Below, piece by piece: positions 16,276-24,456 of a DNA stretch of 24,456 nt; position 1 is the first letter of the stretch; the number at the start of each line of letters is the position of its first letter. The translations under genes were made by a program, and so were the position numbers. Source of the DNA: Gammaproteobacteria bacterium (GTDB taxonomy: Bacteria; Bacillota_I; Bacilli_A; Izemoplasmatales; UBA1188); the NCBI GenBank assembly GCA_024691665.1, contig JAILNJ010000192.1, positions 1 to 24,456 on the forward strand, in the 5' to 3' direction. The notes beneath the pieces were generated by a model, which saw only the letters and a list, made by a program, of their open reading frames with translations, searched no databases and was not told where the DNA came from.

Positions 16276-16816
16276 TGACGAATTAAAAAGATCCGTTAAG
16301 AAAGTTATAGTATCTGAAAGAGAACTTAAGAAAGCAATCAAAGCTTTAGGTAAAAAGATGACTAAAGATCTTGAAGGCGAAGATCTAGTAGTTGTTGGAC
16401 TTTTAACTGGTTGCATCCCATTCTTACCTGATTTATTAAAAGAATTAAAACTAAAAGTCTTAGTTAATTATATTCAAGCTTCTTCTTACGAAGGGCAAGA
16501 ATCATCAGGAAAAGTTAAGATTGGTGGCGTACTTAAAGAAAGTATAGTAGGTAAACACGTAGTACTTGTGGACGATATTATTGATACAGGTGTTACATTA
16601 AAAGAATTAAGTAAATATCTATATGACAATGGCGCAAAGAAAGTAACTACTTGTGTTCTAGCTAGTAAGATAGGCACAAGAAAAGTTGACTTTGAAGCCG
16701 ATTACAAAGCACTTGAAGTGCCTAATGAATTTGTATTCGGTTATGGCCTTGATTATGATGGATATTATAGAAATCTTCCTTATATTGCAGCACTTAAGGA
16801 TGAACTTTATAAGTAG
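16265..16816 (+). CDS. hpt: Hypoxanthine phosphoribosyltransferase
   Basis: PRPP-binding VDDIIDTGVT and FVFGYGLDY...YRNLPYI motifs. Confidence 0.95.
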   Translation: MTFDDELKRSVKKVIVSERELKKAIKALGKKMTKDLEGEDLVVVGLLTGCIPFLPDLLKELKLKVLVNYIQASSYEGQESSGKVKIGGVLKESIVGKHVVLVDDIIDTGVTLKELSKYLYDNGAKKVTTCVLASKIGTRKVDFEADYKALEVPNEFVFGYGLDYDGYYRNLPYIAALKDELYK

Positions 16817-16824
16817 GTGATAAA

Positions 16825-18861
16825 ATGAGCGAAAATAATAATCAAGAACAACAACCTAGAAGAGGTGGGTTCAACTGGGCCAACATTGGTATACTCATTA
16901 TCGCAACACTCTTTATAATTGCGATGGTATATTCTCTTAGAGGTTGTAATACAAACAAAAATGAAATGTCTTATTCAAGAGCTGTCGCTGAATATGTAGA
17001 TAGAAAAGATGCATATCAAGGTGGAGGAGTTTCAATTATAGTAACTCCAGCAAAAGATAGTGCAGTTCAAGGTAGTTATATTGTATATGTCACAGGTAAA
17101 GATGTATCAACAAACAAGAAAGCAACTGTCTACTTCTACGCAACCACTGAACAATGGGCATCTTTCCAAGAAAAGATAGCTGATACTGATTACTCAGTAT
17201 CATACCAACCTGGTTCTACTGTTAATGTATGGAGTATCCTCTACTACGTATTAATGTTTGGCGGAATTATCTTCATTGTGGTTATCTTAGTTAGATCAAT
17301 TAGTGCAGCTGGTAACGCAAACGGAATGTCTTCTACTCTTGAATTTACTAAATCAAGAGCTAAACTTAATAAACAATCTACTACTACTTTCAAAGATGTA
17401 GCTGGCCTTGAAGAAGAAAAGGAAGAACTTAAAGAAGTTGTAGACTTCTTAAAGAATCCTAAGAAATATCAAGACATGGGCGCTAGAGTCCCTAAAGGAA
17501 TTCTTCTTTATGGTAAACCTGGTACAGGTAAAACATTACTCGCAAGAGCCGTTGCTGGTGAGGCTGGAGTTCCATTCTACTTCACTACTGGTTCTGATTT
17601 AGTAGAAATGTTTGTCGGTGTTGGTGCTAGCCGTGTTAGAGATATGTTTAAAACCGCCAAGAAAAACGCTCCTGCAATTCTATTTATGGATGAAATAGAT
17701 GCTGTAGGTAGACAAAGAGGTGCTGGTCTTGGTGGTGGTAACGATGAAAGAGAACAAACTCTTAACCAACTTCTTGTTGAAATGGATGGTTTTACTAAAG
17801 AAACTTCTGTCATTGTTATGGCCGCAACTAATAGACCTGATATCCTAGACCCCGCATTACTTAGACCTGGTAGATTTGATAGACAAATCAATATCGGTAA
17901 CCCAGACGTTAAAGAAAGAGAGGCAATCTTAAGAGTTCATGCTCGTAATAAGAAAATTAGTCCAGATGTAGACTTTGCACAAGTTGCACACGAGACTCCA
18001 GGATTTACTGGTGCTGATCTTGAAAATGTAATGAATGAAGGCGCTCTTCTTGCCGCAAGAAAAGGTCAAGCCCTAATCACAAACGATATCCTAAGTGAAG
18101 CTATTGATAGAGTTATGATGGGTCCTGCTAAGAAGAGTAGAGTAATGAGTAAGAGAGAAAAAGAAATCGTAGCTCACCACGAAGCTGGTCACTGCGTAAT
18201 TGGTTCAATCCTTTCTAATGCTCAAGTTGTTCAAAAAGTAACTATTATCCCAAGAGGTGAAGCCGGAGGCTATAACCTTATGGGTCCTAAAGAGGAAGAA
18301 ATATATCTTCACACTAAAACTCAATTAATGGAACAAATCACTGGTCTTCTTGGTGGTAGAACTGCTGAAGAATTAATCTATGGTGAAATCACTACTGGTG
18401 CTTCTAACGACATGACTCAAGCAACTAAGATTGCTCGTGCAATGGTAACTGAATGGGGTATGAGTAAATTAGGCCCAATCACTTATGAAGAAAATAGTGG
18501 TTATCAATACTTAGGTCGTGACTATTCAACTGGTAAGAACTTTAGTGATAAAGTTGCTCATGAAATTGATGAAGAAATCAGAACAATCATTGAAGATTGT
18601 CATAAGAGAGCTGCTCAAGTTTTAACCGAAAACATGGATAAACTTAAAGCTATCGCTCATTATCTTCTTCTTGTTGAAACAATTGAGAAACCAGATATTG
18701 AAGAAATCATGGCTACTGGTAAACTCAAAAGAGTTGATGATTTAAAAGATAAATCACTAAATGATTTAGGTACTGAAGCTAAGGTTGAAGAACCAAAAGC
18801 TGAAGAGACTAAGGTTGAAGAACAACCTCAAGAAGAACCAAAACAAGATGAGACTAGATAA
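16825..18861 (+). CDS. ftsH: ATP-dependent zinc metalloprotease FtsH
   Basis: Two TM segments, Walker A GKPGTGKT, Walker B FMDEID, SRH AATNRPD...RPGRFDR, HEAGH zinc motif. Confidence 0.98.
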   Translation: MSENNNQEQQPRRGGFNWANIGILIIATLFIIAMVYSLRGCNTNKNEMSYSRAVAEYVDRKDAYQGGGVSIIVTPAKDSAVQGSYIVYVTGKDVSTNKKATVYFYATTEQWASFQEKIADTDYSVSYQPGSTVNVWSILYYVLMFGGIIFIVVILVRSISAAGNANGMSSTLEFTKSRAKLNKQSTTTFKDVAGLEEEKEELKEVVDFLKNPKKYQDMGARVPKGILLYGKPGTGKTLLARAVAGEAGVPFYFTTGSDLVEMFVGVGASRVRDMFKTAKKNAPAILFMDEIDAVGRQRGAGLGGGNDEREQTLNQLLVEMDGFTKETSVIVMAATNRPDILDPALLRPGRFDRQINIGNPDVKEREAILRVHARNKKISPDVDFAQVAHETPGFTGADLENVMNEGALLAARKGQALITNDILSEAIDRVMMGPAKKSRVMSKREKEIVAHHEAGHCVIGSILSNAQVVQKVTIIPRGEAGGYNLMGPKEEEIYLHTKTQLMEQITGLLGGRTAEELIYGEITTGASNDMTQATKIARAMVTEWGMSKLGPITYEENSGYQYLGRDYSTGKNFSDKVAHEIDEEIRTIIEDCHKRAAQVLTENMDKLKAIAHYLLLVETIEKPDIEEIMATGKLKRVDDLKDKSLNDLGTEAKVEEPKAEETKVEEQPQEEPKQDETR

Positions 18862-19093
18862 GTATTTAAAAGTTTCTCACATTATAAAAAGAAGGACAGT
18901 TGCGAAAGAAGCTGCCCAAAAAGATAAGATTAAAATTAATGGAAAAGACGCAAAACCTTCTTCTTCTGTGAATGAAGGAGATATTATTGAAATATCTTAT
19001 TCATCTAAAGTACTTAAAGTTAAAGTACTATCAATTAATGAATTCACAGCTAAGAAAGATGCATCTTTAATGTATGAAGTAATCGAAAATTAA
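18848..19093 (+). CDS. S4-domain RNA-binding protein (YabO / RqcP / Hsp15-like)
   Basis: MRLDKYLKVSHIIKRRTVAKEA...KINGKDAKPSSSV. The start is reassigned from the track's 18785 to the ATG at 18848 because the family begins at MRLDK. Confidence 0.88.
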   Translation: MRLDKYLKVSHIIKRRTVAKEAAQKDKIKINGKDAKPSSSVNEGDIIEISYSSKVLKVKVLSINEFTAKKDASLMYEVIEN

Positions 19094-19127
19094 AAATGGT
19101 CGCACATTTGTGCGGCCATTCTTTTTT
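19092..19127. terminator. Bidirectional intrinsic terminator
   Basis: AATGGTCGCAC-ATTT-GTGCGGCCATT hairpin flanked by A5 and T6 tracts, between convergent genes. Confidence 0.85.
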
Positions 19128-20001
19128 ATCCTAAATATTTAATATTTACATCACCTACTGTAGTTCTACAATTAACGTTCTTAGTTCCTTCTTCTGTTGT
19201 ACCTGATACTTTACCAGTTCCTGCAGATGCTGTTGCTAAGTACTCACTTCTCTTTCCTTTAAGTGATAAGTTAATTGCTCCAGTAGTTGTTTTAACACTC
19301 ATAATTACTTTGAAGTCTACACTTCTTAAAATTTGTTCTCCATGTCCTGATTCAGATTCAATCTTAGATGCTACCACATTTTCATATCTTGTTTCACCAT
19401 TATCAGTCTTAGTAAATAAATCTTCTTCAACATTGATATCTTCTAGTTTAATTGAACCATTACCAACATTAACTTTTAATTCTTTGAATTCAGATTCATT
19501 TAAACTAACTGAACCATTATCTGTCTTAAGTTCTACTTTTTCACTTGCGTTAACATTCTTTAATGAGATTGAACCATTATAAGTTCTGAAACTTGAATCT
19601 TTAGCTTTAACGTTATTAATAGAAATGCTTCCATTATCAATAGCAACTGTATACTTGACTTCTGTGTCTTCTGGAACAGTAATTACTGTTTCAGCGTTTT
19701 TATCAAAATCATATGAATTAAAGAACATACTTTTAGCTTGTTCTCTTCTTAGAGTTAAAGACTTATTAGAGTGTTCATATGTTACATAAAGTGTATATTC
19801 TTTTGCTGTACCATATTCAACAGTAATTTTGTCTGTATTACTCTTTTTAATAGTAACATTCATGTTTATATCATTAACTTGAATAACTTCTATATTTTCT
19901 TCAGTTTCATATGTTTTATTTTCAAGAGTGATTCTTTTAGAACAGCCTATAAGCATTAAAGATAGCGCAAATATAGAGATAATAGATAGTAATTTCTTCA
20001 T
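19126..20001 (-). CDS. Lipoprotein with DUF4097 (adhesin-like) beta-strand repeats
   Basis: Lipobox LIGC at Cys20; repeated DNGSIS / YNGSIS / DNGSVS / GNGSIK units; RBS AAGGAGG. Confidence 0.85.
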   Translation of the reverse strand: MKKLLSIISIFALSLMLIGCSKRITLENKTYETEENIEVIQVNDINMNVTIKKSNTDKITVEYGTAKEYTLYVTYEHSNKSLTLRREQAKSMFFNSYDFDKNAETVITVPEDTEVKYTVAIDNGSISINNVKAKDSSFRTYNGSISLKNVNASEKVELKTDNGSVSLNESEFKELKVNVGNGSIKLEDINVEEDLFTKTDNGETRYENVVASKIESESGHGEQILRSVDFKVIMSVKTTTGAINLSLKGKRSEYLATASAGTGKVSGTTEEGTKNVNCRTTVGDVNIKYLG

Positions 20002-20052
20002 TTAGCCGTTCCTCCTTTAATATATTCTTATAATATATTATCACACTATAAT

Positions 20053-20081
20053 TTGAAAATATACTCTACTTAATGTATAAT
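20053..20081 (+). promoter_or_regulatory. Sigma-A-type promoter of lysS
   Basis: TTGAAA (20053-20058), 17 bp, TATAAT (20076-20081). Confidence 0.75.
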
Positions 20082-20117
20082 TATTTACGATAATTATAAA
20101 TTAAAGGAAGAAACGTT

Positions 20118-21605
20118 ATGGCAAGAGAATTTACAGATCAAGAAATGGCTAGAAGAGTTAAGCTTGAAAGATTAGTTGAACTCGGTGTAGATCCATATGG
20201 ACAAAAATATGATGTAGAAAACACAGCTAAGGAAATTAAAGAAAAGTATGCTGGTAAAACTCATGAAGAATTAGAAGAATTAAAAGCTCACGCTAAAGTA
20301 GCTGGTAGAATTATGTTTATGAGAAAGATGGGTAAGGCATCATTCTTTAGTTTAAAAGATAAAACTGGTTTAATCCAAGTATATATTAAACTTGATGATG
20401 TTGGAGAAACTGATTACTCTATCTTCAAGGCTGGAGATGTAGGAGACATCATAGGTGTTGAAGGATATGTAATGCTTACTCAAACTGGTGAAATCACAAT
20501 TAAATGCGAAAAGTATACACACTTAGCTAAATCTTTAAAACCTCTTCCAGAAAAGTTCCATGGACTTTCAGACGTTGAAGAAAGATATAGAAAGAGATAC
20601 TTAGACTTAATTATGAATGATGAAAGCTTAAAGACAGCTCTCGCAAGACCTCAAATCATTAAGGCTATGAGAGAATACTTCGGTTCACTTGGATTTACTG
20701 AAGTTGAAACTCCAATCCTTGAAGTTCATAAAGGTGGCGCTTCTGCTAGACCATTCATCACACATCACAATGCACTTGATATGAGTCTTTATTTAAGAAT
20801 CGCTCTTGAAATTAGCTTAAAGAAACTTCTTGTTGGCGGAATGGAAAGAGTATTCGAAATCGGTAGAGTATTTAGAAACGAAGGTGTTGATACCAAACAT
20901 AACCCTGAATTCACTATGGTAGAACTCTATCAAGCATATGGTAATCTTGATTCAATGATGGAAATCACTGAAGGCGTATTTAAATACATCGCTAAGAATG
21001 TGTTTGGTAAATATGTATTCAAGATTGGTGACACAGAAATTGATCTTGAAAAACCATTTAGAAAAGTTTACATGACAGATATGATCAAAGAAAAGACTGG
21101 CATTGACTTTAAGGCTAATAATTATACTTTAGAAGAAGCTACTAAGCTCGCCAAAGAAAACGGCATTAAAGTTGAACCACACTTCACTGTAGGTCATATT
21201 ATTAATGAATTCTTTGAAAAATTCTGTGAAGAAGATTTAGTTCAACCAACATTCCTTTGTGGACACCCAATTGAAATATCTCCTCTCACAAAAGAAAACA
21301 AAGAAGATCCAAGATTCGTTGAAAGATTCGAACTCTATATCAATGGTTGTGAATTCGGTAACGCTTATACAGAACTCAATAACCCAATTGAACAATTAAA
21401 GAGATTTGAAGAAGAATTAAGAGAAAGACAACTCGGTAACGATGAAGCAGCTGATATCGATGAAACATTCCTAGACGCTATGGAATACGGTATGCCTCCA
21501 GCAGGTGGAGTTGGTATCGGTATTGATAGACTTGTTATGTTCTTCTTAGAACAAGATTCTATCAGAGACGTTCTTCTCTTCCCAACAATGAAAATTAATG
21601 AATAA
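20118..21605 (+). CDS. lysS: Lysine--tRNA ligase, class II
   Basis: VAGRIM...MGKASF OB-fold, KFHGL...RYRKRYLDL, GGASARPF, FRNEG...HNPEF, YGMPPAGGVGIGIDRL motifs. Confidence 0.98.
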   Translation: MAREFTDQEMARRVKLERLVELGVDPYGQKYDVENTAKEIKEKYAGKTHEELEELKAHAKVAGRIMFMRKMGKASFFSLKDKTGLIQVYIKLDDVGETDYSIFKAGDVGDIIGVEGYVMLTQTGEITIKCEKYTHLAKSLKPLPEKFHGLSDVEERYRKRYLDLIMNDESLKTALARPQIIKAMREYFGSLGFTEVETPILEVHKGGASARPFITHHNALDMSLYLRIALEISLKKLLVGGMERVFEIGRVFRNEGVDTKHNPEFTMVELYQAYGNLDSMMEITEGVFKYIAKNVFGKYVFKIGDTEIDLEKPFRKVYMTDMIKEKTGIDFKANNYTLEEATKLAKENGIKVEPHFTVGHIINEFFEKFCEEDLVQPTFLCGHPIEISPLTKENKEDPRFVERFELYINGCEFGNAYTELNNPIEQLKRFEEELRERQLGNDEAADIDETFLDAMEYGMPPAGGVGIGIDRLVMFFLEQDSIRDVLLFPTMKINE

Positions 21606-21607
21606 TT

Positions 21608-21644
21608 AAAAAGAAGACAAGGTTGATTCCTTGTCTTATTCTTT
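21608..21644. terminator. Bidirectional intrinsic terminator
   Basis: AAGACAAGG-TTGATT-CCTTGTCTT hairpin (21614-21637) with A-rich and T-rich flanks, between lysS and the convergent gene. Confidence 0.8.
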
Positions 21645-21645
21645 G

Positions 21646-23118
21646 TTAAATAAAATACTTAATTCTAATATTATCTATAATTATTCTTCCTTTATTTCTG
21701 TCTCCAGAAGGATTTATTTTTTTAGCAATAAACCTAATTCTTGCGACATTTTTAGGAAGTAATATTGTAAATGTATCAGGATTCTCTTTTACAATAGTCA
21801 TCCTATTTAAATCAACAGTGCTTATGGTTTTCCAAATTATGCCATCATCAGAATACTGAACTTCAAACGATTCGTTTTGTATTCCTTCTTTTGCGCTCCA
21901 CAAGGCGGCATCAAAAGTAATTTGGCCAATATGATGCGTAAAAGCAATATCTAGGTATGCTATTCCAGCGTTATCTCTATTTGGAGACAAAACTAAATAT
22001 TTATTTTCAATGTAACTGGTTCTTAGTCTTCTAGTATATAAAACATCACCACAAACTGTGTTCACCTCATCATAGCGTTCATCAAAATAATATTGCCCAC
22101 CACCATTTTGATTAACAAACTCTTCTTGAAAATCGGCTGCATAGATCCTTTCAAAATGATCATATAAAATATCATAAGTTATAAGTGCGACCATTCCATC
22201 ATTTAAAATATCAGCATTGCAATAATATATTGAGGTTGCTTCATATTTGTTTAATCTTGCAATCAAATATTTTCTCACAACCTTTTGACCGGTAACTTTA
22301 TGATACCCGGTCCACACCTCATATCCAATAATATTTGAATAATGGCGATCAAAGTCTCCTTTAGGAGAAAAGATACCAACCATTAAAGTAACCGGAAATC
22401 CGCCATTTATACTATCTACTACTTTATTCCAATATTCATCTTGTTGTCCAGACAACAATTTAAACATATATGACGAAAAAATAACCCCTTCTAAACCATA
22501 TTTAATCATTAAATTATTGAAAGCAGAAACATAATCAGCAGGGAACATTAAAGTGGACTTGTCATTTACCCAACCGATTTCATAAGTTTTGCTTTCTCTC
22601 AACACATCAACAGCTAAACTTAATTTATTGTCGTTGAGGTTTGGATTTTCCATTATTTCATCGTAGTCAAGATATCTTGCAAAATAATCCAGAATCCCAA
22701 TCATTGCAATTGGTCCACATCCACCATATGTGCTCGCAGAATCAACAACATTTAAAGCATTTTGAATAATATAAGTTGGAAAAGAATCAGAACACACTTC
22801 AATAGGAATAGCATTTGAACTATTACTTGTTTTTCTTCTTATATTCATATACCAAGTATAATCATCATACTCATCTCCAAACTCTTCTTCCAAAGCATTC
22901 CGTGCGCCAAAAAAAGCAGTAGAGTGGTTGTATGATTCGTTTTCTTCGTTGCTTAGAGATGAATATAGATTAAACAATTCTTCATAGTTATTAATATCAT
23001 AACTATCTAAAACAAGTTGTTCTTCATAAGTTAAACTATTATAAAAATTATAATACTCAATCGTTTTTGTTGCTTTCATGGAAAACAACAAACTTAACAT
23101 CAACATAATTGTATTCAT
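21646..23118 (-). CDS. Putative secreted papain-fold (C39-like) cysteine peptidase with C-terminal jelly-roll-like domain
   Basis: YGGCGPIAMIGILDY (catalytic Cys at a helix start), SINGGFPV, HYSNIIGY (catalytic His). C-terminal FEVQYSDDGIIWKTI...RIRF...IIIDNIRI resembles galactose-binding/discoidin-like beta-sandwiches. Short hydrophobic N-terminus. Confidence 0.65.
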   Translation of the reverse strand: MNTIMLMLSLLFSMKATKTIEYYNFYNSLTYEEQLVLDSYDINNYEELFNLYSSLSNEENESYNHSTAFFGARNALEEEFGDEYDDYTWYMNIRRKTSNSSNAIPIEVCSDSFPTYIIQNALNVVDSASTYGGCGPIAMIGILDYFARYLDYDEIMENPNLNDNKLSLAVDVLRESKTYEIGWVNDKSTLMFPADYVSAFNNLMIKYGLEGVIFSSYMFKLLSGQQDEYWNKVVDSINGGFPVTLMVGIFSPKGDFDRHYSNIIGYEVWTGYHKVTGQKVVRKYLIARLNKYEATSIYYCNADILNDGMVALITYDILYDHFERIYAADFQEEFVNQNGGGQYYFDERYDEVNTVCGDVLYTRRLRTSYIENKYLVLSPNRDNAGIAYLDIAFTHHIGQITFDAALWSAKEGIQNESFEVQYSDDGIIWKTISTVDLNRMTIVKENPDTFTILLPKNVARIRFIAKKINPSGDRNKGRIIIDNIRIKYFI

Positions 23119-23552
23119 TCTTTTGCCCTCGTTAATTTGATAGACACTTTGTTTATTGCAATTTCATACGCTCCATTTTTTTGATTCATAGGATAAATAA
23201 AATATTCATTCTTGTCTGCATATTTTAAAGGCATAGCTGGGGTTGATAAGGAAACTTCTTCTAATCCATTAAAAGAAATAATTATTTTTTTATCATTTTC
23301 ATAATAATACAAACACAGCCTATAATACTTATTCTTTTTATAAGACATGTCGTGGACAACGTTTACAGGCCACTCATTTTCAAATGTTTCCTTTTCTATT
23401 TCTTCTACTTCAAAATAATATTTAATATCGTCAACCTCTCCAACAAAAGTACCAGCAACAAAAGAATTAACTTTTTTTGTATAGCACGAGGTAACAAAAG
23501 AAAAACATAATATCAAAATTATGATTATATTTAGTTTAATTATTTTTTTCAT
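23115..23552 (-). CDS. Hypothetical lipoprotein
   Basis: Basic then hydrophobic N-terminus with lipobox VTSC (Cys23); its TGA stop overlaps the ATG of the peptidase gene (ATGA). Confidence 0.8.
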   Translation of the reverse strand: MKKIIKLNIIIILILCFSFVTSCYTKKVNSFVAGTFVGEVDDIKYYFEVEEIEKETFENEWPVNVVHDMSYKKNKYYRLCLYYYENDKKIIISFNGLEEVSLSTPAMPLKYADKNEYFIYPMNQKNGAYEIAINKVSIKLTRAKE

Positions 23553-23553
23553 A

Positions 23554-24069
23554 TTAAATAACCTCTAATTTTAAATATGATGCATAAAGCATATATTCAT
23601 CTTGAATAGGTAATTCTTCTATTTCATCATAGACTTTATTTAGAAGCGATTCTACTTCTTCTTTATCCGCTTGAGTCATAAAGTAAGTTTTACCCACAAG
23701 CTTCTCATATTTATTAGTTAAATTAAACACTTCAGCGTTTTTAGAATCTAGAAGTTCGTCTAGATCTTTTAATCTTTCATAATAATAAACAACTTCTTGA
23801 TCAAAGAGTAATGTATGAATGTCATTATTATAATATTTATTTAATAAAGCATCTAATTCTTCTATATATAAATATAAGTAATTATATCCTTCTTGGAACA
23901 CATCATCTCTGAGTTTAATCTTAATATCTACATTATTATCAATTAAATACTTTAATACTATATAGATAGGATGAATTAAATCATAAAGAGGCGATGCGTG
24001 TTCTTCTAGGTGTTCTAAGAGGTGTGAATGTTCAGATATAAATCTAATGAAATCTTCACTTCTTTCCAT
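23554..24069 (-). CDS. Hypothetical soluble, probably all-helical acidic protein
   Basis: 171-aa ORF starting 1 nt after the PmbA-like stop; no motif I recognise. Confidence 0.75.
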   Translation of the reverse strand: MERSEDFIRFISEHSHLLEHLEEHASPLYDLIHPIYIVLKYLIDNNVDIKIKLRDDVFQEGYNYLYLYIEELDALLNKYYNNDIHTLLFDQEVVYYYERLKDLDELLDSKNAEVFNLTNKYEKLVGKTYFMTQADKEEVESLLNKVYDEIEELPIQDEYMLYASYLKLEVI

Positions 24070-24070
24070 A

Positions 24071-24373
24071 TTATAAGCCAGCTACAGCGATACCTTTAAC
24101 TAAAATTGCAGGAGAATCAAATGCATTAGCAAGTTCATTTGATACTTCTTTAACATTGCTTAATAAGTTAAGGAATGAATCAGATACAGTGATTAAAGCT
24201 ACTGGTTCAGCAATCTTTCCATCTCTAATAACGTATCCAGCAGCTTGAACACTGAATTGTCCATTAATAGAGTTAGCGCCTGAATGAAGACCTGCAAGGC
24301 TAGTGATATATAAACCATCTTTAGCTAAAGCGATTACTTCGTCTTTAGTCTTTTTTCCAGTCTTGAAATGGAA
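24071..24373 (-). CDS. C-terminal fragment of a TldD/PmbA (TldE-like) family protein, 5' part missing
   Basis: Manual translation: FHFKTGKKTKDEVIALAKDGLYITSLAGLHSGANSINGQFSVQAAGYVIRDGKIAEPVALITVSDSFLNLLSNVKEVSNELANAFDSPAILVKGIAVAGL*. GLHSGAN...G.FS...G..I.DGKI..PV..IT is the PmbA C-terminal signature. Missed by the ORF track because the fragment has no Met. Confidence 0.85.
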   Translation of the reverse strand, partial: FHFKTGKKTKDEVIALAKDGLYITSLAGLHSGANSINGQFSVQAAGYVIRDGKIAEPVALITVSDSFLNLLSNVKEVSNELANAFDSPAILVKGIAVAGL

Positions 24374-24456
24374 AAAAGACTAAAGACGAAGTAATCGCTT
24401 TAGCTAAAGATGGTTTATATATCACTAGCCTTGCAGGTCTTCATTCAGGCGCTAAC
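24272..24456. repeat. Perfect 88-bp inverted repeat running to the window end (probable fold-back artefact)
   Basis: 24369-24456 is the exact reverse complement of 24272-24359, with a 9-nt loop GTCTTGAAA. Confidence 0.95.

Noticed and set aside
16935-16950. LRGC after the first FtsH TM helix as a possible lipobox
   Set aside because: Arg at the -2 position violates the lipobox consensus, and FtsH needs both TM helices.
18774-18845. Direct repeat CTAAGGTTGAAGAAC twice in the ftsH tail
   Set aside because: It encodes a low-complexity E/K/P tail (AKVEEPKAEETKVEEQP), a common feature of FtsH C-termini.
18785-18847. N-terminal extension of the S4-domain ORF in the track
   Set aside because: It overlaps the ftsH 3' end; the family starts at MRLDK (ATG 18848).
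19310-19640. Regularly spaced GAACCATTA-like repeats that could suggest a CRISPR or other DNA array
   Set aside because: They are codons for the repeated NGS motif of the DUF4097 beta-solenoid; they are too short and too degenerate, and there are no cas genes.
3046-19959. Short ORFs at 3046-3228, 5011-5214, 9680-9865, 13673-13939, 14727-14936, 16222-16416, 16486-16677, 17577-17891, 19310-19582 and 19771-19959
   Set aside because: All lie antisense to or out of frame within well-supported genes, and show no recognisable motifs or RBS.
20002-20117. Possible T-box or lysine riboswitch upstream of lysS
   Set aside because: Only about 36 nt separate the -10 element from the ATG, too short for either element.
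1-24456. Mycoplasma-type genetic code (TGA = Trp)
   Set aside because: Long genes are intact under code 11 using TGG, and TGA serves as a stop in an ATGA overlap at 23115-23118.

Overview
A 24.5-kb AT-rich bacterial chromosomal segment read with genetic code 11 (TGG for Trp; TGA used as a stop at 23115-23117). Gene content and style suggest a low-GC Bacilli/Mollicutes-like genome, possibly Acholeplasmatales/Anaeroplasma-type; this placement is an inference. Most of the window is housekeeping: tRNA-His and tRNA-Leu(GAG), an EF-G paralogue, two tandem DHH/DHHA1 phosphoesterases, ltaE, pgi, a NifU-C protein, yutD, ispD-ispF, maf, tilS-hpt-ftsH-S4 protein and lysS. Accessory-looking genes are interspersed: a membrane-anchored XRE regulator with a 16-Asp tract, an Ig-repeat surface protein coupled to a KilA-N gene, a DUF4097-type lipoprotein, and a lipoprotein plus C39-like cysteine peptidase pair. 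Two partial CDSs absent from the ORF track lie at the ends: a GT-B-like protein at 1-892 and the C-terminus of a TldD/PmbA protein at 24071-24373. The last 88 bp are a perfect inverted copy of 24272-24359, most likely a fold-back assembly or library artefact. I found no rRNA, CRISPR array, transposase, integrase or prophage. The most interesting signals are the EF-G paralogue with eroded GTPase motifs, a GC-rich 20-bp palindrome inside the KilA-N gene, the peptidase/lipoprotein pair, and a catalytically degenerate TM-PAS-GGDEF protein near two stand-alone DHH proteins. No single new system is proven from sequence alone.
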